Below are positions 54,089 to 63,807 of a DNA stretch of 64,000 nucleotides, piece by piece. The notes below the pieces were generated by a model that was given only the letters and a program-made list of their open reading frames with translations, did no database searches and was not told the DNA's origin. A program made the translations under genes and the position numbers. Numbering within the stretch: the stretch's first letter is position 1; each line of letters begins with the position of its first letter. Origin of the DNA: an uncultured Acidimicrobiia bacterium (GTDB lineage Bacteria; Acidobacteriota; Terriglobia; Versatilivoradales; Versatilivoraceae). The stretch covers positions 41,285 to 105,284 of the forward strand of contig CAVVYL010000010.1 in assembly GCA_963752385.1 (NCBI GenBank). Reading direction: 5' to 3'.

Positions 54089-55654
54089 TCAATGCTTGAA
54101 ATGGCGAACGCCTGTCAGCACCATGGCCATTCCATGTTCGTTCGCGGCTTGAATCACTTCTCTGTCTCTGACTGAACCTCCCGGCTGAATCACAGCCCGA
54201 ATTCCCGGCTTGGCAGCCACGTCAATGCCGTCGCGAAATGGAAAAAACGCGTCCGATGCCATGACGCAACCTTGGATGGGCAAGCGTGCCTTCGAGATGC
54301 CAATCTGGACCGAATCAACCCGACTCATCTGCCCAGCACCAATCCCTACGGTTTGATTGCGATTGGCATAAACGATAGCGTTTGACTTAACATGCTTGAC
54401 TACCTTCCAGGCAAACTCCAGAGCCTCGGCCTCTTCGTCGGTGGGACTCCGTTCGGTCACCACTTTCCACTGTTCTCTCTGAACACAATAGTGGTCTGCC
54501 TCCTGGACCAGCAATCCGCCTTCGATTCGCCTGTAATCCCAGGGATGCAGGCTCCTGGCCGTGTCCGGGTACTTCACCAAGCGCAAGTTCTTTTTGGAGG
54601 CGAGCAAGCTGAGAGCCTCGGGACTGAAATCGGGCGCGAGAATGGCTTCGACGAACGTTAGGGCGATCTCTCGGGCCGTGTCTTTGTCAACCGGTCGGTT
54701 GAAGCCGAGAACGGAGCCAAAAGCCGACAATGGATCACACTCCCTGGCTTTGACGTAAGCCTCAGCTTGGGATTGGCTGGAAATGGCTACGCCGCAGGGA
54801 TTTGTATGCTTGATAATGACTGCGCAAGGGCTCTCGAATTCGTGCGCCAAGTGAAACGCGGCATTTAGGTCAAGCAGGTTGTTGAAGGAAAGTTCCTTTC
54901 CCTGTAGCTGAATCGCATCGGGCAAGATCGCATCGTGATGCGAAACCTCTCGATAGAAGGCCGCCTGCTGATGAGGGTTTTCTCCATACCTCAGGTCGCT
55001 GACCTTGTCCAGACTCAGCAAGAGTTTCTGAGGGAAACCCGCCGTTCGTTGAAAACTCTGATCTTGAATCCCGAGGCGAGTCAGTTCTGAGGCAATAGCC
55101 GCGTCGTATCTCGCAGTGAGCAGAAACGCCTTCTGGGCCAACTTGTAACGGGACTGCAGCGACAGACTGACTGAATCTTGCCGGAGCTCGTCCAGAACCC
55201 AAGGATAATCCTCAGGGTCAACGACTACCACGACGTCCCGAAAGTTCTTTGCCGCCGAGCGAATCATTGAAGGGCCGCCGATATCGATGTTCTCAATCAC
55301 CTCGCCGAAAGCGACTCCGGGTCTTGCCGCCGTCTCTTCGAACGGATAAAGGTTCACCACAACCAGATCGATTGGAACAATTCCATGTTCGACCATCTGC
55401 CGTCGATGATCTGGACTATCCCGCATGCCCAGCAGCCCTCCGTGGACCTTGGGGTGCAGCGTTTTCAGACGACCATCCAGGATCTCTGGGAAGCCAGTCA
55501 GGTCGGAAATATCCCTAACCCCAACTCCGGCGTCGCGCAGCGTCCTGGCGGTCCCTCCGGTCGAAATGACCTCGATCTTCAGGTCCACCAAGCCTCGTAC
55601 AAAATCAATCAATCCGTCTTTTTTCGAAACGCTGACCAAGGCTCGCTTCAACAT
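54089..55654 (-). CDS. purH: bifunctional AICAR transformylase / IMP cyclohydrolase
   Basis: The track starts at 55714. I start at MLKRALVSVSKKDG (55654). It has an MGS-like N-domain (GGTARTL, KTLHPKVHGG) and an AICARFT C-domain (IIKHTNPCG, VIQPGGS). Confidence 0.96.
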   Translation of the reverse strand: MLKRALVSVSKKDGLIDFVRGLVDLKIEVISTGGTARTLRDAGVGVRDISDLTGFPEILDGRLKTLHPKVHGGLLGMRDSPDHRRQMVEHGIVPIDLVVVNLYPFEETAARPGVAFGEVIENIDIGGPSMIRSAAKNFRDVVVVVDPEDYPWVLDELRQDSVSLSLQSRYKLAQKAFLLTARYDAAIASELTRLGIQDQSFQRTAGFPQKLLLSLDKVSDLRYGENPHQQAAFYREVSHHDAILPDAIQLQGKELSFNNLLDLNAAFHLAHEFESPCAVIIKHTNPCGVAISSQSQAEAYVKARECDPLSAFGSVLGFNRPVDKDTAREIALTFVEAILAPDFSPEALSLLASKKNLRLVKYPDTARSLHPWDYRRIEGGLLVQEADHYCVQREQWKVVTERSPTDEEAEALEFAWKVVKHVKSNAIVYANRNQTVGIGAGQMSRVDSVQIGISKARLPIQGCVMASDAFFPFRDGIDVAAKPGIRAVIQPGGSVRDREVIQAANEHGMAMVLTGVRHFKH

Positions 55655-55782
55655 CGGGTCAAACTCCTTTGAATTCGGTCCTTGTCGTTGTTCTCGCCCT
55701 CGACTCAACGCCAAGAATGACTACGAGAGCGGACAAACAGGATTCATGGATGGCGTGGTTGCCGCTGCGTGGGGGGCTCGTT

Positions 55783-56538
55783 CTACTGCCGGCTCGGGAG
55801 GGTCGGTCTCCCCGACATGTCGCCGTTGGCCGACTTCCATACCCAAAGCCAGATCCTCGCAAGGTCATTGACACTGTGGGAATACACGAGCGAAGCGACG
55901 CCGTAGAGCGGCGACCTGGGGTCAAGCCCGACAGGTGAGCCTTCGAGAGCCTCACGCATGTAGCTCTGGCGAAATCGCAGAGAAAGGGCCGAGCGGCGAT
56001 CCCGGATCTCTCGCATCAGGCTGTGAACCCCTTCCGCGGTGGGGGTGAGGTCCGAAACGTTGTACACGACTACCGGGAACGAAGTGCCATTCCAGCGGAT
56101 CGTATTGACCAGCACTGCAATTTGCGCTTGGCTTGAACCTTCCAGCTCCGGCAAATTCAGCACAAATAGCATCTGAGCCAGCACGCCAAAGGCTTCCGCC
56201 ATCTCCTGGAACCTGGGCCGGGAGCGAAGCTGTTCAGCACACGAATTCATTACTCTAACAATGTCTTTCTCCACACGCAACCGCTGGGGCGCAGGCAGGA
56301 AGTCACTCTCCGAGACCTGACCAATGCCTCGTTCGAGGCCAGGGAGGTTCCGAGCCATCACCCGCCGGAAGGCTTCAGGCATCCAACGGCAAGCGCTTTC
56401 AGCAATCTGGAAGCCAGCGGGCTTGGCGAGCGGGTCCGACACCGAAGCCAGACAGGCTGCTCCGGGACCCAACACTAGTACGCACAACGCGGCCAGCCCT
56501 CCCCGGAGGACAAGGTGACTAGTTTGCTGAATGTTCAA
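55783..56538 (-). CDS. secreted hypothetical protein
   Basis: 251-aa ORF with a TTG start in the track and a signal-like N-terminus (GGLAALCVLVLGPGAACLASV). I recognise no family. It is co-oriented with purH downstream. Confidence 0.55.
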   Translation of the reverse strand: MNIQQTSHLVLRGGLAALCVLVLGPGAACLASVSDPLAKPAGFQIAESACRWMPEAFRRVMARNLPGLERGIGQVSESDFLPAPQRLRVEKDIVRVMNSCAEQLRSRPRFQEMAEAFGVLAQMLFVLNLPELEGSSQAQIAVLVNTIRWNGTSFPVVVYNVSDLTPTAEGVHSLMREIRDRRSALSLRFRQSYMREALEGSPVGLDPRSPLYGVASLVYSHSVNDLARIWLWVWKSANGDMSGRPTLPSRQ

Positions 56539-56625
56539 GATTGGAAAGTGAAGATTCGTCGAGGATTGCCGTTTGAAATTTGACTCACTGCCGCCCGCTG
56601 ACGGTGGCGGTACCGGACTGACCGC

Positions 56626-57207
56626 TCAGTTCTTCCCCTTTGCCGTCAGCTTGACCTTCCCGTCCTCCACAGAAATGATGTAGCAAACGGATTCGCAGTT
56701 GAGCTGAACCTTTAGCTTGGCCGTCTTTTCTGCAAGGAACTTCTTGAAAGACTGAAACTGGAGGCCTTCCGGCTTTTCGCCGCACTCCCGCTTGGCGTCA
56801 ACTAGACTCTTGAATAAACTCTGGAGTTTCTCATCCTCGCCATCAGGATCACGGCACTCCAGCTGGCAAATCACCCGGTCTTCGGTTTGCGGCGAGGAGT
56901 CTGTCTCGGCCCCAGCCAACCTAACAGGCGCCGGGGTCCCGAAGGCCGGCCTACCTTCTTCCCTGCTTTTGACCATTCTCCGCCACAGATCGCTATAGGA
57001 GTGAAACTTGGCTGCCAGAGTGTTATAGCGGAAACGCTGCGCGAAACTCATCTTGCCAGAGTCGCTGTATTTCTTGATTAATGACTCCACCCGCCATCGA
57101 AGATCGAATGGAAGTTTGTTCGAGCCGCCATTGAAGAAAATTTCATATTCGATCTTCAAGCGTCGAATGCCATCTTCGAGATGGGTGAGTTCCTGGTCAA
57201 TGTCCAT
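56626..57207 (-). CDS. conserved hypothetical cytoplasmic protein
   Basis: 193-aa ORF with an ATG start, beginning MDIDQELTHLEDGIRRLKIEYEIFFNGGSNKLPFDLRWRVESLIKKY. It has a Cys-containing C-terminal half and no TM segments. I cannot confidently assign a family. Confidence 0.6.
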   Translation of the reverse strand: MDIDQELTHLEDGIRRLKIEYEIFFNGGSNKLPFDLRWRVESLIKKYSDSGKMSFAQRFRYNTLAAKFHSYSDLWRRMVKSREEGRPAFGTPAPVRLAGAETDSSPQTEDRVICQLECRDPDGEDEKLQSLFKSLVDAKRECGEKPEGLQFQSFKKFLAEKTAKLKVQLNCESVCYIISVEDGKVKLTAKGKN

Positions 57208-57438
57208 TCAGGATCCTGATTCAAAACATTTACCGGACCAAATCCGTTGAGATATTATCGTCGCCGACGGAAGAGGGTCAATCCGAAAACGGACGTCATT
57301 GCAATCTCTCACCGTTACTAGGGGAGGCATGGCGCGACGCCCTTCTCTGCGTGGGCTTCCAGCCTACAGTTCGCCGGAAGCGGCGCTCCCAGAGATGCGC
57401 CGCGTAGTTGAGGGATTGCACGCTGTCAGGTCCCGGAT

Positions 57439-58872
57439 ATGCAAGACTCAAAGAAACGGAATCGCAATCAGAACCAGTCTCTTCGCAACATTCCCTCGAT
57501 CGACAGACTGTTGAACGAGCCCGAGGTCTTGAACTTGATCCACCAGACCAGCCGGCCGTATGTGGTGAGCCTGTTACGAAAAGTCCTCCGTAGATTTCGG
57601 CAGGATCTGATTGAGGGTATAGCGAAAGATTGGAGTAGGTTCGACCCAATCCAGCACGCCGTAGCCAGCCTGAAACTTGAATTTGGTTGCTGGACCGAAC
57701 CCGCCTTGCGAAAGGTCATCAACGCCACAGGTGTCATTCTTCATACGAATCTTGGCCGTGCCCCCCTTAGCGAGAAAGCTTTGGAAAACCTGAAGTCCGT
57801 CGCCGGCCACTACTCTAACCTGGAATTCGATCTTGACGAGGGAAATCGGGGTAACCGCGATGTGTTTGCTGACCGTCTGCTCCAAGAGCTCCTTGGATGC
57901 GAAAAGGCTATTGTCGTCAACAATTGCGCAGCCGCTTTGTTCTTGAGCTTGAATACTCTGGCGGAAGGTGGCGAGGTGCTCATCTCGCGGGGAGAGCTGA
58001 TCGAAATTGGCGATTCCTTCCGGATTCCCGATATCTTGCGAAAAAGCGGAGCCCTGCTTCGAGAAGTGGGGACCACCAACAAGACACAATTGTCCGACTA
58101 CGCCGAGGCGATCAACGAGCGAACCCGGATGATCCTTCGCGTCCACCCCAGCAACTTCCGTATCGTAGGGTTTTCTTCGAAACCCTCTCTCGAGGACCTG
58201 CTGAAGCTGTCCCAGGAGAGATCGATTCCGCTCATGGAGGATCTGGGAAGCGGTTGCCTGATCGATTTGAAACCGTTCGGGATCGATGACGAACCGGACC
58301 CGCGGTTGAGCCTAAGAGCCGGCGCGTCCCTCGTCAGCTTCAGCGGAGACAAGCTTCTCGGCGGTCCGCAGGCCGGCATCCTGGCCGGCCAGGAGTTGCT
58401 CCTTCATCGGCTGCGGCGAAACCCTCTGTTTCGGGCTTTGCGCGTGGATAAACTGACTCTTGGGGTTCTGGAGTCTACTCTTATTGCTTACCTCAAAGAG
58501 CGCGCGGCCGAGGAGATTCCGTTAGTCCGGATGATTCATGCGCCCGTTGCTCAAATCGAGCGACGCGCCCGAGCCATCATCTCCCAAATTCCAGTTCCAC
58601 CCTCCGTCAAAGTTGAGATCCTGGACGGGCAGTCAGTCCTCGGCGGGGGCTCAGCCCCCGACCGTGGCATTCCGTCGAAGCTCATTTCGATTCATAGCGC
58701 CTTGCACTCGCTGGCGAAGCTCGAGGCCCGGTTAAGAATGAGCGCACCTCCCATTCTCTCCCGTTTGGAACATGATCGTTTGCTGCTTGATCTTCGAACC
58801 GTCTTTCCCGAAGACGACGTCTGCATCGTCCGGGCACTCACAGAATGCGTTGGCTGGACTGGCGACCAGTAA
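57439..58872 (+). CDS. selA: L-seryl-tRNA(Sec) selenium transferase
   Basis: 477-aa ORF that is collinear with E. coli SelA as I remember it. Matching blocks are IPSIDRLL, VINATGVILHTNLGRAPL, SRGELIEIGDSFRIPDILRKSGALLREVGTTNKT and the PLP-Lys motif SFSGDKLLGGPQAGI. Confidence 0.93.
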   Translation: MQDSKKRNRNQNQSLRNIPSIDRLLNEPEVLNLIHQTSRPYVVSLLRKVLRRFRQDLIEGIAKDWSRFDPIQHAVASLKLEFGCWTEPALRKVINATGVILHTNLGRAPLSEKALENLKSVAGHYSNLEFDLDEGNRGNRDVFADRLLQELLGCEKAIVVNNCAAALFLSLNTLAEGGEVLISRGELIEIGDSFRIPDILRKSGALLREVGTTNKTQLSDYAEAINERTRMILRVHPSNFRIVGFSSKPSLEDLLKLSQERSIPLMEDLGSGCLIDLKPFGIDDEPDPRLSLRAGASLVSFSGDKLLGGPQAGILAGQELLLHRLRRNPLFRALRVDKLTLGVLESTLIAYLKERAAEEIPLVRMIHAPVAQIERRARAIISQIPVPPSVKVEILDGQSVLGGGSAPDRGIPSKLISIHSALHSLAKLEARLRMSAPPILSRLEHDRLLLDLRTVFPEDDVCIVRALTECVGWTGDQ

Positions 58873-59299
58873 GGGATTCCGGCTCTCTCCTCCGCACCCA
58901 TCGAGCCATATGCTCGGCGGTGTTAGCGCATTGCGGGAGGAGCGTGGTCTTGAAACTCGAAGAGCTAACCAGCTGGCGCGATCAAGACCAGAAGCAATGG
59001 GCGACTGCATCGGCGACATGCCTACTTCGAGACCCTCGGTTCCCCTCATGTGAGGCAATGTGCTCGGAGAAAGGTGTTGCATCAAAGACACGCAATCAAG
59101 TTCACGAATCGGTCATCGTTCTGCCTCGCTCCCGTCAGAGGGGTCAGTGGGAGAGGGAGTCAGAGTGATGGGTCCCTACAGAAGCTACTTCCCCACTTGA
59201 CGGTACGAAGTCACTCGCTCTGCCTAGGCATTACCCCGCCCGGGAGTTTGGTAGAATTCAGTTTCAGACGTCATACCAACGAGAGAGGAGGCCCACCCT

Positions 59300-59746
59300 A
59301 TGTTGGCCGACATCAAGGCGATCGCCCGCCGTTATCGTGAGGAGCTTTGGAGTCAGGAAGCACTGAACGTCGCCGATGAGATCTTCGCGCCCACCTGCGT
59401 TTTTCACAACTTCGACCCGATCACACCGGCGCTGGAAAATGGGGCCGCCGGAGCCAGAAAGCTCGTGGCCGTCTATCGCACCGCTTTCCCCGATGTACGC
59501 TTTACCTTGGATGATCTCTTTGCTGAGGGTGACCGTGTCCTTGTTCGTTGGACCGCCCAGGGAACGCACACAGGCAGCCTCATGGGAATCAAGCCCACCC
59601 GGATGAGAGTGACCGTGCATGGAATGGATGTCTATCGGGTGACAGGCGGGAAGATTCAGGAGATTTGGGTCAACTGGGACACAATGAGCTTCATGCAACA
59701 GCTCGGGCTGGAGCCGCCCTCGCCAGCGACCAAGAGCGTGTCTTAA
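59300..59746 (+). CDS. SnoaL-like (ester cyclase / NTF2-fold) protein
   Basis: 148-aa ORF with GGAGG 8 nt upstream. The pattern IARRYREELWSQ...DEIFAPTCVFH...DLFAEGDRVLVRWTAQGTHTG...G.KPTG..V...G.D.YR...GKI.E.W is typical of the ester-cyclase-type SnoaL fold. Confidence 0.75.
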   Translation: MLADIKAIARRYREELWSQEALNVADEIFAPTCVFHNFDPITPALENGAAGARKLVAVYRTAFPDVRFTLDDLFAEGDRVLVRWTAQGTHTGSLMGIKPTRMRVTVHGMDVYRVTGGKIQEIWVNWDTMSFMQQLGLEPPSPATKSVS

Positions 59747-59972
59747 GACCCACCTGGCAAACGCAGGCTGAGGGTCGGCAAAAACCCCGTCATGCTGGCC
59801 AAGCGCAACGCGGGCTGGTGATCCAGACTGGATTGACAGGCCAAACCCACCAGCCCCACGCGTCAACAGGAGGCGAACACCAGCCGACCTGCGAAGAAGC
59901 TATCCGATGTCAGTGCCAAGAAAAGGGCAACGCCGAGAATCGGACAGCTTCATAGACAACCACCCATTCGGC

Positions 59973-60425
59973 TTATTTGACAAACTCGTGCTCAGGGTGT
60001 TTTACGACCAACACCGGACAAGGTGCGAGTCGAATGATCTTCTCTGCTGTCGACCCGAAGACTAAATGGCTGAGTCCAGTGCGTCCGTGGGTGGCGAGCG
60101 TAATCAAATCCACTTCCAGCTCTTTGGCTATCTTGACTATTTCACTATGAGCGCTGCCAGATTCAAACACCGGTGCTGCATCGATCCCCTGGGCGCGCAG
60201 CTCTTGGGTGAGCTGGTCCAACTGCTTTCTTTCAGCTGTTTCCGCTTCTACCCAAATTTCTGGATGAAAGGTTTCGGTCGGAGCGGCTACGATAGACTGG
60301 TCCCAGACGTGGACCACGTAGAGCTTAGCCTTGAAGCGTAAAGTCAGGGCGACCGCATATTTGAGTGCGTGTTGGGAATTCTCAGAGAAATCCGTCGGAA
60401 CCAAGATCTTCTGAATCTCGATCAT
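59973..60425 (-). CDS. universal stress protein (UspA family)
   Basis: The track starts at 60467. I start at MIEIQKILVPTDFSENS (60425). The C-terminal motif is DLITLATHGRTGLSHLVFGSTAEKIIRLAPCPVLVV. Confidence 0.88.
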   Translation of the reverse strand: MIEIQKILVPTDFSENSQHALKYAVALTLRFKAKLYVVHVWDQSIVAAPTETFHPEIWVEAETAERKQLDQLTQELRAQGIDAAPVFESGSAHSEIVKIAKELEVDLITLATHGRTGLSHLVFGSTAEKIIRLAPCPVLVVKHPEHEFVK

Positions 60426-60640
60426 AGGACCCCCTTTTTGTGCCCTCGGCTCTGTTTCGTTGCCCACTTTCAGTATATTCTACCGTATTCGGAGGATGCC
60501 AAGGCACGTCGGAAGCGGGAATGAGTTTTGCAACATCAAACGTCGTTGATTTCCATTGCTGTTGCTTCTTGCACCTTGCCTCCTGATCATGCTGACAGTG
60601 GTCTTTTTCTATGTTCAGCGGAATATGGGCGTGGCCTAAG

Positions 60641-60668
60641 TTGACGCGCCGTCTCGCATCGCTAAAAT
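60641..60668 (+). promoter_or_regulatory. candidate sigma70-type promoter upstream of the Mth938-like gene
   Basis: TTGACG (60641-60646), a 16-nt spacer, then TAAAAT (60663-60668). This lies about 50 nt upstream of the ATG at 60720. Pattern match only. Confidence 0.35.
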
Positions 60669-60719
60669 GTTGGGCAAGGACCTCAGATGTCTCAAACTGA
60701 AGTTTAGATGGAGGTTAGC

Positions 60720-61070
60720 ATGCGCTTCGAAGAGTTTTCATTTGGCTCGATCCGGATCGATGGCGTCACTTACGACCACGATGTGCTGATCGATCGTGGG
60801 AACGTTTGCAAGCGGAAGAAGAAGGCGTCCAAGAAATTCCGTGACACCTTCGGCCATACGCCGCTCTCGGTGGAGGAAGACCTGCCCTGGAAATGCAGCC
60901 GCCTGGTTGTTGGAACTGGGACCTACGGCGCGCTTCCGGTGATGGAGGAGGTGAAGCTGGAGGCCGAGCGACGCGACGTCAAATTGCTCATTCTTCCGAC
61001 AGCTCAAGCGATCGATGCGTTGCGACAGGACTCCGACGGAACCAACGCCATTCTGCACGTGACCTGCTGA
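60720..61070 (+). CDS. Mth938-like domain protein (DUF498 / NDUFAF3-like fold)
   Basis: The track starts at 60708, inside the GGAGG RBS. The ATG at 60720 gives MRFEEFSFGSIRIDGVTYDHDVLIDRG...LVVGTGTYGALPV...LILPTAQAIDAL, which I recognise from memory as the Mth938 family pattern. Confidence 0.75.
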   Translation: MRFEEFSFGSIRIDGVTYDHDVLIDRGNVCKRKKKASKKFRDTFGHTPLSVEEDLPWKCSRLVVGTGTYGALPVMEEVKLEAERRDVKLLILPTAQAIDALRQDSDGTNAILHVTC

Positions 61071-61091
61071 GAAATTTCAGGAGCCTGCCCC

Positions 61092-61754
61092 ATGAAGGCG
61101 CCAATCTACCGTTCTTTTCAAGATTTGAGGGAGCTCGTTCACTCCGCCAGAAGGGAAGCCTCTGCAAGTGTGAGCAAACCTATGGCAGAACGGTTCCCAG
61201 AGACGAAAGTCCTTTCTGATGAAGAAGCCTTCGAGTTGTCAATGCAAGATGTCACCCCGCTGGGTTGGAGCGATGTGCCCTTACCTCGACCTGAGCCCGT
61301 CGAAATTCCCAACCCGCGGGAAAGCGAGGATGAGGGTTTACGCCTTCTTATCGAATTTGTACAGGGCAGACAACCGATCGATCTGCGTTTGAGCGGAGAG
61401 TATGTCGAGGGAACGCCTAACCCTCAAGGCCGACATTTCCTGGATCGTTTACGCCAGGGTCACTTTGTCGTCGAGGCTCACCTCGACCTTCACGGACTGG
61501 GCGTCGTCGAGGCGCGAGGCCGCTTCGAAGCTTTCGTCCGTAACAGTCTTCAGAAAGGTCACGGATGCGTCCGCGTCGTTCACGGCCGTGGGCACCATTC
61601 GCTCGAAGGCGATGCAGTCCTGAAGAAGCACGTCCAGAAGTGGCTTTGCAGCCGCAGAATGAGTCGCCATATCGTGGCCTACACCTCAGCCCGATTGCAT
61701 GACGGCGGTGGGGGCGCGCTCTATGTGCTGCTCCACCGACGCAAACGGGGGTAG
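61092..61754 (+). CDS. Smr domain protein (SmrB/MutS2-C-like endonuclease)
   Basis: 220-aa ORF with a C-terminal Smr domain (LDLHGLGVVEARGRFEAFV...GCVRVVHGRGHHS...LKKHVQKWL). An N-terminal extension of about 120 aa precedes it. Confidence 0.85.
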   Translation: MKAPIYRSFQDLRELVHSARREASASVSKPMAERFPETKVLSDEEAFELSMQDVTPLGWSDVPLPRPEPVEIPNPRESEDEGLRLLIEFVQGRQPIDLRLSGEYVEGTPNPQGRHFLDRLRQGHFVVEAHLDLHGLGVVEARGRFEAFVRNSLQKGHGCVRVVHGRGHHSLEGDAVLKKHVQKWLCSRRMSRHIVAYTSARLHDGGGGALYVLLHRRKRG

Positions 61755-61987
61755 GGTGCGCTGCTTTCCAGAGCGCTCGAAGGTTTCTTCTGGTTTGTGG
61801 TTCTGCCTACAGACGGTATAGAGTGCCGTTTTGCCGGCGGGAGCTCGGACTGCAAACCAAAAGGCGTTCCCTTCTGCTAAGCCTTATTAGACATCATCTC
61901 AAGTGTACGAGCTCTTAGCTATCCGGTGCGCTCAATGGCGGCGTGCCCGGCGCAGATCCCGCCCCGCCTTCCGGGAACGCAAATCCG

Positions 61988-62015
61988 TTGTCAGCGCCGT
62001 GGGACTTGCTAGAAT
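61988..62015 (+). promoter_or_regulatory. candidate sigma70-type promoter upstream of ilvD
   Basis: TTGTCA (61988-61993), a 16-nt spacer, then TAGAAT (62010-62015). This lies about 80 nt upstream of the ilvD ATG. Pattern match only. Confidence 0.35.
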
Positions 62016-62095
62016 GTGGACCTGCGTCCTGAAGGGTAAGCATTTCGTTCTTGACAGTGACTTCATACTGAAGAACCAAGCCAGGCGGAGGTGGT

Positions 62096-63778
62096 ATGGC
62101 ACTTAATCCCAAGCACAAAAGTCAGGTCATCTTGAAGGGCCCAGATCGAGCGCCTGCTCGATCCTACCTCAAAGGAATCGGATTTTCGGAAGAGGACCTG
62201 GCGAGGCCTATCATCGGCGTTGCCAATACCTGGATCGAGACGATGCCTTGCAATTTTCACTTGCGTGAGTTGGCGGCCAAGGTGAAAGAAGGCGTGCGGG
62301 CTGCCGGCGGGACGCCGATGGAGTTCAACACCGTGGCCATTAGTGACGGCATCACCATGGGAACCGAGGGAATGAAAGCTTCGCTGGTCAGCCGTGAGAT
62401 TATCGCGGATTCCATCGAGCTGGTGGCCCGAGGATACATGTTTGACGCGGTCGTGGCGCTGGTGGGCTGCGACAAGACCATTCCTGGCGCGGCGATGGGA
62501 CTGATCCGACTTGATGTCCCCTCCTTGATTCTCTACGGCGGATCGATCGCACCTGGCCGATACAAAGGTAAGGATGTAACCATTCAAGACGTTTTCGAAG
62601 CCGTCGGGGCCAATGCCGCTGGGCGCATGACGGACGCTGAACTGTTAGAAATTGAAAACGTCGCTTGCCCCGGCGCCGGTGCCTGCGGCGGCCAGTATAC
62701 AGCCAACACGATGGCCACAGTCATGGAGTTCATTGGTCTCTCGCCGTTCGGTTCGTCCAGTGTTCCTGCAACCGACCCTCGAAAATACGAAGTCAGTTTC
62801 GAATGCGGGAGGTTGATCATGGACATCTTGCGGCGTGGCATCAAACCCAGTGATGTGCTAACGGCCAAAGCGTTTGAGAACTCGATCGCCAGCGTAGCGG
62901 CGACCGGAGGGTCAACAAATGCCGTGCTGCATCTGCTCGCCATGGCACGAGAGGCTGGTGTTCCCTTGGAAATCGACGACTTCGACCGCATCAGCTCGCG
63001 GACACCACTCCTGGCAGACCTGAAACCCGGTGGCAAATATGTCGCAGTCGATATGCACAAGGCTGGAGGGGTGCCCGTCATTGCCAGGTGGCTCACCGAG
63101 GGGGGCTATGTGGATCCTTCGCAGAAGAATGTGAGCGGCCAAACTCTCGGCGACGCTGCCGGATCGGCCGTCGAGACGCCCGGTCAAGATGTCATTCGGC
63201 CACTCTCCAATCCGATTAAGCCGACGGGGGGGCTCGTCATCTTGAGAGGCAATATTGCTCCAGAAGGCTGTGTGATCAAGATCGCCGGTCACGAACGGTT
63301 GCACCATCGCGGCCCCGCGCGCGTGTTCGACCGGGAAGAGGACGCAATGACAGCCGTGACCCGCCGCCAGATCCTCGCAGGAGATGTTGTGGTGATTCGT
63401 TACGAAGGTCCGCGGGGTGGACCAGGAATGCGCGAGATGCTCGGCGTGACTGCTGCCCTGGTGGGAGAGGGGCTCGGCGAAAGCGTAGCCCTATTGACTG
63501 ATGGCCGCTTCAGTGGTGCCACTCGCGGGCTGATGGCGGGCCACGTCGCGCCCGAGGCCGCTCGAGGGGGACCTGTCGCAGCCCTTCAGGAGGGGGACAT
63601 CATCGTTTTTGATATCAAGAACCGACGGTTGGATGTGGAGCTGAGCGATCAAGTGATCACACAGCGCCTCTCTGAGTGGAGAGCACCGAAGCCTCGTTAC
63701 ACTTCAGGAGTTTTCGCCAAGTACGCCGCTCTGGTCTCGTCTGCGTCACAAGGAGCCATCACTCGGTCCGAGCTGTGA
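62096..63778 (+). CDS. ilvD: dihydroxy-acid dehydratase
   Basis: 560-aa ORF with GVANTW, the Fe-S ligand context MPCNFHL, AISDGITMGTEGM, VGCDKTIPG and ALLTDGRFSG. Confidence 0.97.
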   Translation: MALNPKHKSQVILKGPDRAPARSYLKGIGFSEEDLARPIIGVANTWIETMPCNFHLRELAAKVKEGVRAAGGTPMEFNTVAISDGITMGTEGMKASLVSREIIADSIELVARGYMFDAVVALVGCDKTIPGAAMGLIRLDVPSLILYGGSIAPGRYKGKDVTIQDVFEAVGANAAGRMTDAELLEIENVACPGAGACGGQYTANTMATVMEFIGLSPFGSSSVPATDPRKYEVSFECGRLIMDILRRGIKPSDVLTAKAFENSIASVAATGGSTNAVLHLLAMAREAGVPLEIDDFDRISSRTPLLADLKPGGKYVAVDMHKAGGVPVIARWLTEGGYVDPSQKNVSGQTLGDAAGSAVETPGQDVIRPLSNPIKPTGGLVILRGNIAPEGCVIKIAGHERLHHRGPARVFDREEDAMTAVTRRQILAGDVVVIRYEGPRGGPGMREMLGVTAALVGEGLGESVALLTDGRFSGATRGLMAGHVAPEAARGGPVAALQEGDIIVFDIKNRRLDVELSDQVITQRLSEWRAPKPRYTSGVFAKYAALVSSASQGAITRSEL

Positions 63779-63807
63779 AGAAGTGAGCGGTGACGAGGTG
63801 AAATAGA

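Noticed and set aside
58873-59299. Possible tRNA-Sec (selC) or SECIS-related element downstream of selA
   Set aside because: The only UCA-compatible loop (around 58948-58960, minus strand) has no complementary anticodon stem. No GGTTCGA-type T-arm or 8-bp acceptor stem is present. A model-based scan is still advisable.
62063-63307. Minus-strand ORFs of 131-174 aa overlapping ilvD
   Set aside because: They are antisense to a motif-complete ilvD. They are spurious.
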